From Octopus sinensis (Eukaryota): 64,000 bases of DNA. The position numbers and the translations under genes are program-made. The notes beneath the pieces were generated by a model. That model had not been told where the DNA came from. It did not search any database and saw only the letters and a list, made by a program, of their open reading frames with translations. Positions 26,798-41,082 of the stretch are shown here, piece by piece; position 1 is the stretch's first letter, and every line of letters starts with the position of its first letter. The DNA lies in assembly GCF_006345805.1 (NCBI RefSeq), contig NC_043003.1, forward strand, positions 61,132,001 to 61,196,000, in the 5' to 3' direction.

Positions 26798-27362
26798 TAC
26801 ATGTTTAACATATATTTACAGAAGTTCATACCTATGTGCGTACGGCTTTGTGTGTTTGTATGTGTATCCGTTCGTAATTCATATGTTCTATATAAAATGC
26901 TTTTACATTTGGTGAAGCCATCAAGTTTACACTAATCTTTACTTTATAAAATGTTATCTGAGCCCCATCGCATGAAAAAGTCTGGAATTAGAGATAAAGA
27001 ATAAAAATCAATAACAGCAGGATGCTTCATTGCTTGACTGTGCTGTCATCTCACATGTTATTTGCTATCATAAATATAAATCATACGAACTGCGTATGTC
27101 ATACATTGACGTTTAGAAAGCATCTATATAAATAGGTGTCCTTTATAAAAAGAAGCCTTTCATTATACAATATGAACATATTGTATTTGAAAACAGAATG
27201 ACTTGAGAGAGAACTATATTAATAAGCTAAGCTATAGATATGATGTTTAAGGAAACTTAGAGTTATTAAATGAAGTTAAACGAAAATTTACCTTGAAAGC
27301 AGTCTTCGGGTTTAATAACAACTTACGAAAATGTTTAATGGTGGAGATCAGTAATCTTAAAA

Positions 27363-27404
<42 letters not shown>

Positions 27405-27509
27405 TAATAATAATAATAAAATAATGATGATGATAATAATAATATAATAATATAATAATAATAATAATAATGATAATAATAACAATATAATAATTATTAA
27501 TATTACTTT

Positions 27510-27552
<43 letters not shown>

Positions 27553-27573
27553 TCATTATTATTATTATTATTA
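27363..27573. repeat. (TAA)n tract followed by a (TTA)n tract (inverted microsatellite pair)
   Basis: Direct reading. Confidence 0.95.
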
Positions 27574-27574
27574 T

Positions 27575-29915
27575 AAAAACACTGGTAACTGCGCAACCTG
27601 ATAATCGCTACCTCATAGGAGTGACAAGGAAAAAGAGAATATTCTGAATAACGGTGGTAACGAAACTGAACCCCTTGGTGGTGACAGTGTTTCACCCGGC
27701 AGGCTCAGTGATACTGGTCCGACTCCAGCCTGTCATTATCCAGCAAGGAACCAGCACACACGGCATAGATGGAACAAACAAGTCAATGCTGTGTTACTAA
27801 CTGAGCAACCCAGTAGACGAAAATAGTGTTCATCTTAGGGGATACCGACAACGTATGTATGATCAATAGAGAGAAAGAGGATTGTTTCAACTCACGGAAC
27901 AGAGATTATGTGATCAAGCTAGAGCAATAATAAAAAATCGTTGGTTAACAGCAGTAGAGCTCAAAGCTATTAAAAGACGGGTATTGGAAAACAGCAGCAG
28001 AGGAAACGATGAAAATACAGCTCCTACTGACAAAAGTAATTTCGTAGCAGAAAACATGGATGAAGTCTCCAATAAACCACAGGAAAGGAACAGTGATAAC
28101 TTGCTTGATGAGAGACATATACATAGTTTGTAAGAAGGCAATAAAATTAATGGTGACATGACAGATGGGTAAAAGGCAACTACGACAGAAAAAAGGCAAG
28201 GCTACAGGAGAACGATAGCGACATTATTTGTAACCTTAAAAAGGTTGATCAGTAGAAATTGAACCAAGAAACGAAAACTAAATGAAATTCTGAAATACAT
28301 CACAGAAACACAAAATTTGATCGAGGCAACAAGTATTGTTGTAGCCGAAAATGTGGGTGCTGATATCAAGAAAAAGAACTATAATGGGAGTGACAAAAGA
28401 AAAGATCCATGGTGGAAAAAAAGAATAGGTGGGGTTAGATATGCTCTCGAAGGACATTTCTGTGTTAGACTAGAAAGGGAAGGGGAGGCTTAAAAGTGAA
28501 AAAAAAATACAGGTCACTGAAGAGGAAGTATGATGTTAAAAGAAAGGGCCAGAATGTGGCAATGGAGGAATTGAAACAGTGCCTCGTTGCAACGAAAGCA
28601 AAGATGATAAGATAAGGCCAAAGAATGAAGGGATACCAGCAGAATAGGTTATTTACAGTAGATAAGAAGCGATTCTACAAAGAAATAAATGAGTATACAG
28701 ATGAAAAGTTGATACCAGATAACACTGAAAGTCAAAGGTTTTGGAGTGACTTCTGGAGCAAAGACAAGGAACACAAGAAGGTTGCTGAATGGTTGCAAGA
28801 ACTGAAACAAACAGTAGTCTGTCCCAAACAGGCAGAACTAGTCATATCAGTAAGGGAAGTGAAGGAAATCAAAAAAAAAAAATTGGCAGCTGGAAGGATC
28901 CGAAACCAGATGGAATTATAGACTACTGGATCAAAAGGTTTGGTGAATAACATGCACCAATAGCTGCACAGTCCAACACCTTATTAAATACCGACCAAGT
29001 AACACCAGAGTGGTTGACATTGGGTAGGACAGTGTTGTGCTTGAAAAACATCGAAAAAGACAATACGGTAGATAATTTCAGGCCGATATTCTGCTTGTCA
29101 CTTATGCGGAAATTACTGACTGGAATAGTCGCAGAGTAAGCGTACGGACATCTAGAGATAAATGGATTCCTGCCACATGAGCAGAAGGGTTGCAAGAGTA
29201 AGTGCAGAGGTACCAAGGGTCAACTCCTGGTAGACAAAAGTGTACTTAGAGACTGCAATAGGAGGAAAACTAACATAGCCATGTCATGGATAGATTGTCG
29301 TAAGGCGTACGATATAATCCCACATTCATGGATTATGGAATGTATGAACCTATTTGGTATTGCATCGAATGTTGAGTGATTGCTTGGAAAATGTATGGCG
29401 AAGTGGAGGACGGAAATGACAGCATATGGAAGAAGTTTAGAGACAATAGAAATCAGAGGAGGCAGCTACCACTGATCTTTGTACTGTGCATCATACCACT
29501 AACAATGATTATGAGGAAAGCAAAGGCTGGGTGTGTATTCAAAAGCTGCCGATATTATGTCAACCACTTGTTATTCATGGATGACCCCAAACATTATGGT
29601 AAATATCCCAATCAGCTCCCTCGTTGATACGGTGTATATTTTCAGTGCTGATATCAGAACGGAGTTCGGACAGAAAAAGTGTGGTGTGTTATTCTTGAAG
29701 AGGGACAAAATCAAATGTATGAATCGGCTAGCGATAACGTCGAAGGATATTATGAAGTAGATAGAAGAGACGGGCTATAAGTACTTGGGGATACTGGAAA
29801 TGGATAAATTGATGGAGAAAGAAATGACAGAAAAATTTTAGGTGGCTTACTTGAGCAGACTGAGCCTGACTCTTAAAACGAAATTAAACTGAGTGGCTTC
29901 CTTACTTAGATATGC
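27575..29915 (+). mobile_element. Degenerate R4/Dong-clade non-LTR retrotransposon (N-terminus plus RT, 3' end missing)
   Basis: [51 protein letters not shown] and YKYLG motifs, with many stops and frameshifts. Confidence 0.85.
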
Positions 29916-31384
29916 TCACCACCTTCATTAAATACAATAATAATAATAATACATGCTCTAATTCAGTAGCAGGCAGTGGCTCTCATGGCTTCTGTATTAA
30001 TGGCCGTAACCAGAGGGCAGCATATGTATGTATAATTGGAACTTGCAAAAAATTTTTACATGGCAAAAATCTACTTGAATATCAATTGAGTGAATGATTT
30101 GACTTATTCAACAACTGTATTAGTGACGAAGGAAAATGGAATTGATTCTAATTGTGACAGAGAGGAGACGGACTTCATTCTTTTCAACCAAATATTAAAA
30201 AGAAAATTTAATGCATAAAACAGGAAAAAAAGTAGACCTAATCTAACAAATCTAGACAAAAAGGAATCCAACATAAAACTGAAAAAATTATCCAAAATAA
30301 GTAAATAGAAAACTTTCTGGTATCAAAGTTAAAGCTCAAAAAATGAACAGCAACAAAAACACACAAAATAAGACACATTCAAAGATATGAGTGCTTCTGC
30401 CAGAAAGAGATATTATTTCGAATAAATGTAAAATGGCAGAAAAAATATCATATCACGATAACTGACTTGGATTAAGTACTTTCCTCCGAGAAGAGAATGA
30501 TAAACCACTGCTAGGAGCTGTTTAACTCAACAAGAACAAAATGTTGCACTCAATTTACAATGAAACAGACATATTTAGAAATCGGCATACCATATACAGA
30601 TTCCTCAAAAAAATTACAAACACCCTTAGCACTAAATACGCATGCATTACAGAAAGGAAAGATGCAACAAAAGAAGTCTAAAATTATAACTAGAATTAAC
30701 ATAGTTCACAGTCGATAAGACGATTGTTGTGTACAAGTTGAAGCTGAAATCGATGAAATAAACTGAAATGCGGCAATGACACTCCCAAACGTGTCTCCTA
30801 GAATCGCACCTGAAAGGAAAAAAATCGAAGGTTTGGTAATTCAGCTTAGAGCCCTGTCTCCCAAGTAGCTATCTAGGAGCTTGATGTTTCCCACTAACAC
30901 AGTCAGAATATATCACAATCATGACAATGTTACTACCTATATTTATTGGAAGTAATGCAGAAACTTGATACAAGTATATCCGGGAGATTATAGCAGAAAA
31001 TTAACTTTGTGTGAGTTTCTGAGATATGTAAATGCATAAACAGGAGATTCAATGATCAATGCAAAGATCTCGTACATTAATTGAGGGATTTGTCCAAATG
31101 ACAATGATACCCTTCGTAGACACAGTTGAGAATCTCCTCAAATTAAAAAAATAAAACCGGAGATTCAAATAGCAAGAATAATTTGTATGAAAGGTCCCAG
31201 TCTTCGTAGAACCGCTTTGAAAGATGGGGGCACGATACAGAATAACAATTGAATTAAAGACTTGCTTGGCAAGCTTCTCTTGGGTGAAGTTCAGAAGATA
31301 ATGCTTTAAGGAAGTGAAGAACAGAAAAGCTTATATTCAAATCTTCTTTACGTAAGAACAACAGAAAAACTACGAACATTATAA

Positions 31385-32342
31385 TTCTTTCTACTATAGG
31401 CGCAGGGCTTGAAGTTTCGAGGGAAGGGACTAATCGATTACATCGACCCCAGTGTTTCACTGGTACTTAATTTATCGACCCCTAGGCAAAATTTGAACTC
31501 AGAGCATAGCGGTAGACGAAATACCGTTCAGCATTTCGCCCGACGGGTTAACGATTCTGCCAACTCGCCGCCTTGACTGCAAATGTTATAATAAGATTAA
31601 TAATCATGATAAACCTACTTACAATAGGTACAAGGCCTGAAATTTGGAGAAAGTGGGGGCTAGGCGGTTACATCGACTCCAGTACTTAGTTTTACCCAGC
31701 GTGCTAATGACTGTTTTTTTTCTACTTTAGGCACAAGGCCCAAAATTTTCAGAGATGGGGCTAGTCAATTAGATCGACCCCAGTAGGCAACTGGTACTTA
31801 ATTTATCTACGTCGAAATGCAAAGTCGACTTCGGCGGAATTTGAACTCAGAACGTAGCAGCAGACGAAATACCTATTTCTTTAATACCACAAGGAGCTAA
31901 ACATAGAGGGGACAAACAAGGACAGACATAGGTATTAAGTCGATTACATCGACCCCATTGCATAACTGGTACTTATTTTATCGACCCCGATAGGATGAAA
32001 GGCAAAGTAGACCTCGGCGGAATTTGAACTCACAACGTAACGGCAGACGAAATACCGCAAAGCATTTCGCCCGGCGTGCTAACGTTTCTACCAGCTCGCC
32101 GCCTTCGGCAGACGAAATACCTATTTCTTTACTTCCCACAAGGGTCTTAAAAAGAGAGGACAAACAAACGGATTATGTCGATTATATCGAACCCAGTGCG
32201 TAACTGGTACTTATTTAATCGACCCCAAAAGGATGAAAGGCAAAGTCGACCCCGGGGAATTTGAACTCACAACGTAACGGCAGACGAAATACGGTTACGC
32301 ATTTCGCCCGGCGTGCTAACGTTTCCGCTAGCTCGCTACCTT
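31385..32342 (-). mobile_element. Cluster of about five to six nested or tandem SINE family B copies (two tail subtypes)
   Basis: Repeated family-B blocks. The copy at 31873-32105 is flanked by a 15-bp duplication of the SINE's own internal sequence. Confidence 0.9.
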
Positions 32343-33084
32343 AGTAATGATCATAATAATATAATTAACATATCGCTCTAATCTTCTGTCTAGCTCACAT
32401 CACATTAACAAATGTTCTGAAGAAAAGTAATACTGATTATAAATGCTAAAGACGAATTATATGGATTACTTAAAACTAGATACACTTATAAAATATTAGC
32501 CATGAATTAATTCTCGGCACAAAACTGAGAATGGATCTTGAAAAATGTGCTACAGTTACTGTAAAAAGAATAACTGAAACAATGTGAATTAAATTAGATC
32601 CAGATACAGAAATCTATGAGTTAGACAGGGCATATGTACAAAACACTTTCGAGTAGCTAAAACTGGTTAAAGAAATAAAAAAATAAAATTCAAATGTGGT
32701 GTTCAGATGACTCGTCTTAATATTAAAAATGAAACAATTCTGAAAAAAAAAAAACGATAGCTTTATATAAGCTAAGAATTCATACGTGACCGTGATAAAC
32801 GAGAAGAGAGTTTCAAAGATTAGGCAGTAAAATGAAGAACTAGGGCCCTTCTAACAATGTTATTCACTTATTGCCCTAAAGTACATAGCCATGAGACTTT
32901 TTGGCACAGCCGTATTAGCGCCGCTTAATTGGCTGAATGGCTGCTGACTTATTTGACATATGCTTTAATATTTATTTCCTTCTCTCTCTCTCTCTCTCTC
33001 AATCTCTCTCAATATGTATCTTTCATCTTTATTTGTTTCATACTGGGGCACCGTATATAGATAGGTAGGTAGATAGATATACAT

Positions 33085-33091
33085 ATGAATA

Positions 33092-33125
<34 letters not shown>

Positions 33126-33230
33126 CATACATACATACACACACACATACATACATACATACATACATACATACATACATACATACATACATACATACAT
33201 ACATACATACATACATACATACATACATAC
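33085..33230. repeat. (CATA)n microsatellite
   Basis: Direct reading; similar tracts at 33780-33858 and 52045-52100. Confidence 0.95.
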
Positions 33231-34399
33231 ATGGTGGCTGCCCCCTCGTTATCGAGTATGGCCATTGCACGAAGCCTAATCAATGTTGTTATCGTGCAAT
33301 GCCTGTGCAAGATTTTTTTTTAAGTGAGGAAAGGCTGTGCACTGAGTCAATCCCACTCACAAAACAACAGCAGCCATAATTTGAAAAGAAGAACAAGTCA
33401 ACATCATCGGTAACCACTGAGCCGCAGGTTTTATGTCGGAGTTATCCCAGTTACCTGAGTTACCTTCTCCTAGAAGGATGCCCTAACAAAGGCTAGGAGT
33501 CCTTCACTCCAAATGGTTTAACCGCACGATCGGGTATTCAGTCCAATTATTTCTGTCTCCGCGCATGATACAGTCTTAAGACATTTATTGGATGGCCGGT
33601 GACTCTCAAGATTTCCTCCTCCCTTTGACGGGTTTTGTTTTTCATCCCGCAGGGTGACCAATAAACACCCTCCTCACCAAGCAAGCTTAGTGGGGTTGCC
33701 GGTTTAGTCGCCGACGACCCGACCATGCAACAAGTTGTACTGGGTTACATGTTACCAGTAGCACTCGAAAGTGACCTGACATATACATACATACATACAT
33801 ACATACATACATACATACATACATACATACATACATACATACATACATACATACATACGACAGACTTCTTTCAGTTTCTGCCTACCAAATCCACCCAAAA
33901 GTCTTTGGTCAACCCGAGGTTATTGCAGAAAACAATTGCTCAAGGTTCCACGCAGTGGGACTGAACCCAGAGCCATGTAGTTGGGAAGACATTTCTTACA
34001 ACACGGTTACGCCTGCACCTGTATGTGTATATTTCTGCGCGTGTTTGTGTATTTGCCTCCAGCGTGTAAACGGAATGTCAGCAAATGACCAGCCAGCTAT
34101 ACTACCAAATCGCCATCGTCTCGTTCCGAAAGCTTAAAAGTTGTTGATGAAATATATCTGCCCTGGACACAAGGAAGATAGCGCCTTATACAAATACAGA
34201 ACTGTGGCAAAATACATCTACCAAGGCTTCAAAAATACTTAGAATCCAACAAATGGAAACTGATAAATGTAATAAGTTTTTATTCTTTTGCTGTTCCTTG
34301 TTTCAGTCATTTCACTGCGGCCATGCTGGAGCATCGCCTTGAGTATGTATAAGAAAACAATAAAGTATTTAGAGAAGCTTACTCCGCGTGAGGAAAGAA

Positions 34400-34950
34400 T
34401 TAGACAAGGATGCAACAGAAAAGGTTAAACAGCAAAAGACAAGATCAAAACAGATTTTAAAATTATAATAAAGAAAAATGAAGAGAAAATTCACTCTATG
34501 GCCAAGGCTCTGCAAGAATCAACAAACAGAATCTATGTCAGGCTGAAAGCCAACATTGGTTGATAGGCACTGCACAGAAACAAATATAGAAGTTGTGATT
34601 TTAGCTGCACCTGATCAATGCTTAGCGATATACAAATGCAAAAAGAAAATAGTGAAAAAAGTGGCAAACATGAAGTGAAGACTATGTAATCAATACAGTA
34701 AGAGTATTGGCCACATCGTTTCCCGTTGCCAAGTTTGAGTGTTTGTACAGATATGATCGGTTCGACAGCTATGTACTGGGTAATATGCCTCTTTGAAGTG
34801 AAAATAGGTAAGCGGTGTAAGCTTCTATCTAATAGATTATATTCTCAGTGATCTATCAAGTAATTTCAATACAATAGAAATAATAAATCTAAACGAAAAC
34901 AATGTGCATATCCAAGGAATACACAGCTGCATTCGATAATGCAGTGAAAG
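34400..34950 (+). mobile_element. Highly decayed R4/Dong-type LINE fragment (zinc-knuckle region)
   Basis: VILAAPDQCL and RLCNQYSKSIGHIVSRC-like remnants. Confidence 0.55.
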
Positions 34951-35345
34951 GCCAGACGTTTTGAGGATGAGGAGCAAGTCAATTAAAACGATCTTTATAC
35001 TTGACCTGTACCTACTTATTTTATCGATCCCGAAAGGATGAAATGGAAAGTTGACCTCCATTGGATTTGAATTCAGCACGTAATGAGTCGGTCGAAACAC
35101 TACTAAGTAATTTTCTATGCTGAGTCAGCTTGATGCCTTAAAATGAGCGTTAATAATAGTTTCAAATTTTGGCACAAAGCCAGCAGTTTTACGGGAAGGG
35201 TGCAAGGAATGGTTGTGTGGTAAGTAGTTTGCTTACGAACCACATGATTCCGGGTTCAGCGGAATTTGAACTCAGAACGTAAACACAGACGAAATACTGC
35301 TAAGCATTTCGCCCGGCGTGCTAACGATTTTGCCAGCTCACCGTC

Positions 35346-35605
<260 letters not shown>

Positions 35606-35947
35606 TAGATGAATGCTGTGATATAGAAAATATGTCAGCTGAAATTAAACAAACGTTTGAAGAGGCAAGTTTTAACACAAATTGATGACATACAACAAAT
35701 TAGTAGAATGCCTTACAATTTGCGTGTTGGATGTAATTAGAGAAGAAGTAAATGAAAGACAAATATAGGATGCTTAAACCTAATAATGCTTTAACAGAGC
35801 GTGAGAAGATGTCGAAACAGCAGGAGTCAAAACAAAAGAAAACTATGAAAGCTAAAACAGATCAAACTGGAAATAATTGATACAATTAGTGAAATTAGTG
35901 AAATTAAATAGAAAGTTCAACAATTTGGACGAGTATAAATTTAAAAT

Positions 35948-36602
35948 GTAGGCGCAGGCATGGCTGTGCAGTTAAGAAGTTCGTTTTGCAACCACGTGAT
36001 TTTGGGACCAGTTTCACTAGGCGGCATTTTGGGTATATGTCTTATATTACAGCCCAGGGCCGACCAATGACTTGTGAGTGAATTTGATAGACGAAAACTG
36101 TGTGGAAGCCCATCGTATATATATATATATGTGTGTGTGTGTGGGTGTGTGGGTGTGTGGGTGTATGTGTGTGTGTGTGTGTGTGTTGTGTGTGTGTGTG
36201 TGTGTGTGTGTTCGTCCCCAACCACAGCTTGACAACTGGCATTGGTTTGTTTATGTCTGGAAACATAAAGAGCAAGAAGACTCGCTAGAAGAAGTACCAG
36301 ACTTAAAATGTAAGTACTAGGGTGGGGGTCAATTTGCCTCCATTAAACCCACTAATGTGATACCTCAGAATGGCCGCAATAAAACGCCTGAAACAAGTAA
36401 AAGAATAAACGAAAGAAGTTTTAATTTAAGGGATGAGAACTAAGGCGCAGGAGTAGCTGGCGGATAAGAAGCTTGCTTCTCAACTACATAGTTCCAGGTT
36501 CAGTTCCATTGCGTGGTACCTTGGGCAAGTGTCTTCTACTATAGTCTTCTACTATAGACCAAAGCCTTGTGAGTGGATTTGGTAAACGGACACTGAAAAA
36601 TA

Positions 36603-36642
<40 letters not shown>

Positions 36643-37270
36643 TGTGTCTGTGCTTGTACCCCCACCATTGCTTGACAACTGATGCTGGTGTGTAACGTCC
36701 CCGTAACTTAGCGGTTCGGCAAAAGAGACCAATAGAATAAGTACTAGGTTTACAAAGTCCTGGGGTCGATTTGTTCTACTTAAGGCTGTGCTCCAGCATG
36801 GCCATAGTCAAATGACTGAAACAAATAAAAGAAAAGAATAAGGTATATTGAAAAGTGGTATCTGAGAAATGAATCAAATAATACAAACTAACTAAAAATG
36901 TTTTGAAATGGGTGCAGGCGTGGCAGTGTGGTAAGAAGCTTGCTTCTCAACCACATGGTTCCGGGTTCAATACCACTGCGTGACATCTTTGGCAAGTGTG
37001 TTTTACTATAGCCTCGGGTTAGCAAAAGCTTTGGTAGACAGACAGAAACTGAATGAAGCCCATCGTATATGTGTGTGTCTGTATGTCTTTGTGTCTGCAT
37101 GTCCCCGACCACCGCTTGACAACCGGTGTTGGCGTGTTTCTGTCCCCTTAAATTAGCGGTTCGGCAAAAGCTTTAGAAAATAAGTGATGGGGTCGATTCA
37201 TTCGACTGAAAATTATTCTAGGCGGTGCCCCAGCATGGCCGCAATTTAATGACTGAAACAGTTAAACAAC
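35948..37270 (+). mobile_element. Three tandem same-strand SINE family A copies (35948-36418, 36441-36842, 36909-37270)
   Basis: Each has a head, microsatellite and tail, with differing divergence. Confidence 0.88.
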
Positions 37271-37566
37271 AAATGATAAATGATAAGCAAGGCTTATAAC
37301 AGAATCCAATGGCATAAAGTAGAAATATATTGGAGGAGAATATTGAAAATAGAAAACTCATAAAACAAGGGAAATTGCACGTAGAACGAAAGGAAAACCA
37401 ATTCCTATGGCGTCACATGTATGAGGAAGAAAGGCGATGATTCTATCATCCAATCATCTTAATACTGTCTATTGAAGTTATATACTAGCCACCACAATCT
37501 CGTGTCCCTTTTAAGGTGTTGAAGTTTGTGTGTTTCAATGACTGAGTGCTGTGACATGCTGAGCAC

Positions 37567-38645
37567 ACTAATATGGGCAATCTCTTTCTAGATGCCAGAC
37601 TAATACGGGCAATCTCTTTCTAGATGCCAGACTAATATGGGCTACCTCTTTCTAGATGCCAGACTAATATGGGCTACCTCTTTCTCGATGCCAAACTAAT
37701 ATGGGGAATCTCTTTCTAGATGTCAGACTAATACGGGCAATCTCTTTCTAGATGCCAGACTAATATGGGCAATCTCTTTCTAGATGCCAGACTAATATGG
37801 GCAATCTCTTTCTAGATGCCAGACTAATATGGGCAATCTCTTTCTAGATGCCAGACTAATACGGGCAATCTCTTTCTAGATGTCAGACTAATACGGGCAA
37901 TCTCTTTCTAGATGCCAGACTAATACGGGCAATCTCTTTCTAGATGCCAGACTAATATGGGCTACCTCTTTCTAGATGCCAGACTAATATGGGCTACCTC
38001 TTTCTCGATGCCAGACTAATATGGGCAATCTCTTTCTAGATGCCAGACTAATACGGGCAATTTCTTTCTAGATGCCAGACTAATATGGGCTACCTCTTTC
38101 TAGATGCCAGGCTAATATGGGGAATCTCTTTCTAGATGCCAGACTAATATGGGCAATCTCTTTCTAGATGTCAGACTAATACGGGCAATCTCTTTCTAGA
38201 TGCCAGACTAATATGGGCAATCTCTTTCTAGATGTCAGACTAATATGGGCAATCTCTTTCTAGATGCCAGACTAATATGGGCAATCTCTTTCTAGATGCC
38301 AGACTAATATGGGCAATCTCTTTCTAGATGCCAGACTAATACGGGCAATCTCTTTCTAGATGCCAGACTAATATGGGCAATCTCTTTCTAGATGCCAGAC
38401 TAATACGGGCAATCTCTTTCTAGATGCCAGACTAATATGGGCAATCTCATTCTAGATGCCAGACCTAATATGGGCCACCTCTTTCTAGATGCCAGATAAT
38501 ATGGGCAATCTCTTTCTAGATGCCAGACTAATATGGGCTACCTCTTTCTAGATGCCAGACTAATATGGGCAATCTCTTTCTAGATGCCAGAATAATATGA
38601 GCAATCTCTTTCTAGATGCCTAATATGAGCAATTTCTTTCTAGAG
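37567..38645. repeat. 32-bp minisatellite, about 33-34 units (ACTAATATGGGCAATCTCTTTCTAGATGCCAG)
   Basis: Head-to-tail units without spacers; recurrent variants ACGGG, GGCTAC, GGGAAT and GTCAG. Confidence 0.97.
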
Positions 38646-38689
38646 GTAATAATGGGTTTGTTTGGAGCCAACACTACTAATAAACCGAC

Positions 38690-38782
38690 AAGACATGGGT
38701 GAAAGAAAACCGCTAAGAGTAAAGAACAGTGGAGAAAAGTCGTCGACGGCCTATGCTCCATAGAAAGTGAAGGGATTAAGGA
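38690..38782 (+). mobile_element. RTE/RTEX-type LINE 3' end
   Basis: Translates AKSKEQWRKVVDGLCS..., a typical ORF2 C-terminus. Confidence 0.55.
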
Positions 38783-40206
38783 AAAATTAGGTATACTGGA
38801 ACAGAATATGAAAAAATCTGCAGAATGTGTGTCATCCATGGCTAGTCAGTCACACATTTTGCTGCCTAAGGAACGATATACTTGCGTGTCGAATTGACAC
38901 TGTCGTTAGAACATCGGACAAAATAACTTGCGGTATTTATTCCGGCTTCTTGTGTTCAGAGTTCAATTCCCACTGAAACTAACGTGTCTTTCATCCTTCT
39001 GGGCTTTATACAGTACCATTCTATAGTGGAGGGCAAATAAACTTGTTAGAATGCCGCACAGGAGCCTTATGCCATTTGTCCGGGCTTGTGATGTTCTAGC
39101 CCCGCTTTGGCTAAATTGATTAGTAGATTTAATCCCTTACTTGGTTTAACATCGGCTCCTTGAGAGCATATAGCGGTTTTTCACTCTGTTGCAAGCATTC
39201 AAACTAAGATACATACCTTACATAAATCGCACTGGTCTTTTATAGGGTCATAGGAAGGGTCTTCCTCATCCCTACGCGATAAAAAGAGTTTATGTAGACG
39301 TGCTAGACCTTCAGAAATATCACCATGAATATAAGGGAGCCTTTATACAGTGGTTCCAGCTTAGAAGTGACAACGAAGCGTCTTTAAATCACACGTACTA
39401 TGTGCACATCAGATCTCAGATATACAGAAATGACTGGTTGGTCTTTACTTTCATCATATATTTTAGGCCAAATGTCTGTTCAGTCAAAATTGACGTGGAG
39501 TTATATACAGCAACAACGAAAATTCGAAAAGAAGCAGACCAAATTAAATCGCTAAAATGTAGAAAAAAGTGAAATATCACTATACAATGAGGATAGGCAA
39601 GGACAAAAGGAAATTGTTTGCCATAATTCTCAAGAGTTTAGATTTTAAAATGTCTAGACATACTGTGGGCGGAAAAATTTCTTTAAAAAAATATCCGAAA
39701 AATGAAATGTTTGACTAGAGTTTTCTAAAAATCCTATTTCGAATATGTTAAAACAAAAAACAGCCAAATATATGATTCTCAGATTCGGGGAATTACAACA
39801 TTCAAAATACGCTTCAGAAAAATTACCCAATATAGTTGCGTTGACTGGAATGATGTGCGGGTTCAATCTCTGAACCCGCAACTTTTTGATCTTGAGGCGA
39901 ACACTCAAACCACTACGTCACGTACCTCTAGCCTTTAGGTGGTGTACCTTCACTGTAAAAAGTAATCAGTTATTATTCATCGGTAGAAATATGGGGAGCT
40001 AACAAGACCGTTAGCACGCCGAGCAAAACGCTTAGCGGCATTTCGTCTTGGTTTCAAATCCGACTTTGCCCTTCATATTTTCGGGTTCGATGAAATAAGA
40101 CCAGTTACGCACAGTGGTCGATGTAATCGACAATCAGCGCCAAATTTCAAGCCTTGTTCCATAGCACAAACGATTATTCACTAGAATAATAGCAGAAACG
40201 ATTATT

Positions 40207-40439
40207 AAGGCGGCGAGCTGGCAGAATCGTTAGCATGCAGGGCGAAATGCTTAGCGGTATTTCGTCTGCTGTTACGTTCTGAGTTCAAATTCCGCCGAGG
40301 TTGACTTTGCCTTTCATCCTTTCGGGGTCGATAAATTAAGTACCAGTTATGCACTGTGGTCGATGTAATCGACCTAATCCGTTTGTCTATCCTTGTTTGT
40401 CCCCTCTGTGTGTAGCACCTTGTGGACAGTAAAGAAATA
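40207..40439 (+). mobile_element. SINE family B, full length with a 13-bp TSD, inserted at the tail of an older family-B copy (39985-40206)
   Basis: TSD AGAAACGATTATT at 40194-40206 and 40440-40452. Confidence 0.93.
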
Positions 40440-40984
40440 AGAAACGATTATTCACCGATAGAACTAGAAATAAACATATCGAATCAAAATGGGAAATATC
40501 TCAAAATATCTAAAAATAGCAAATATGGCGAAAACAAATTAGTATAAAATAATGAAGTGTACAAAAAACATTGCATAAGTTTTAATGTGTATTTTGCGAG
40601 TTGTGTTCCTTATAAATCTAGATGACTTAATCTAAGAATGTAAACTTGTCTTATGAATGAGTTTCTGTTAATGTAGAAGAACATTTTCACACAACAGAGA
40701 TTCATAGAAGTATGTTGTGTGAGCAAAATAATATACAATCTCTGCTTCGTCTATATATCAATTTCCCAGCCAAATTCTACCAGAATATAGCTCAAAAGGA
40801 TCTTAAAGCAAAAGCATTCTGCGGTTGTGTGGTTAATAAGCTCGCTTGAAACCACATGGTTTCTGTATCAATCCAACTGCGTGAAACCTTGGGCCAGTAT
40901 CTTGTAATAATAGTTCCCGGTCAACTAATACTTTGAGAGTGAATTTCGTATACGAAATTTGTGTGGAAGCGCCGCGCGTATACA

Positions 40985-41050
<66 letters not shown>

Positions 41051-41082
41051 ATGGAATAATTACTATGAAGCATTGTGTAGAA

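Noticed and set aside
37567-38645. CRISPR-like array (regular 32-bp repeats)
   Set aside because: Units are contiguous with no unique spacers, there are no cas genes and the context is animal DNA; it is a minisatellite.
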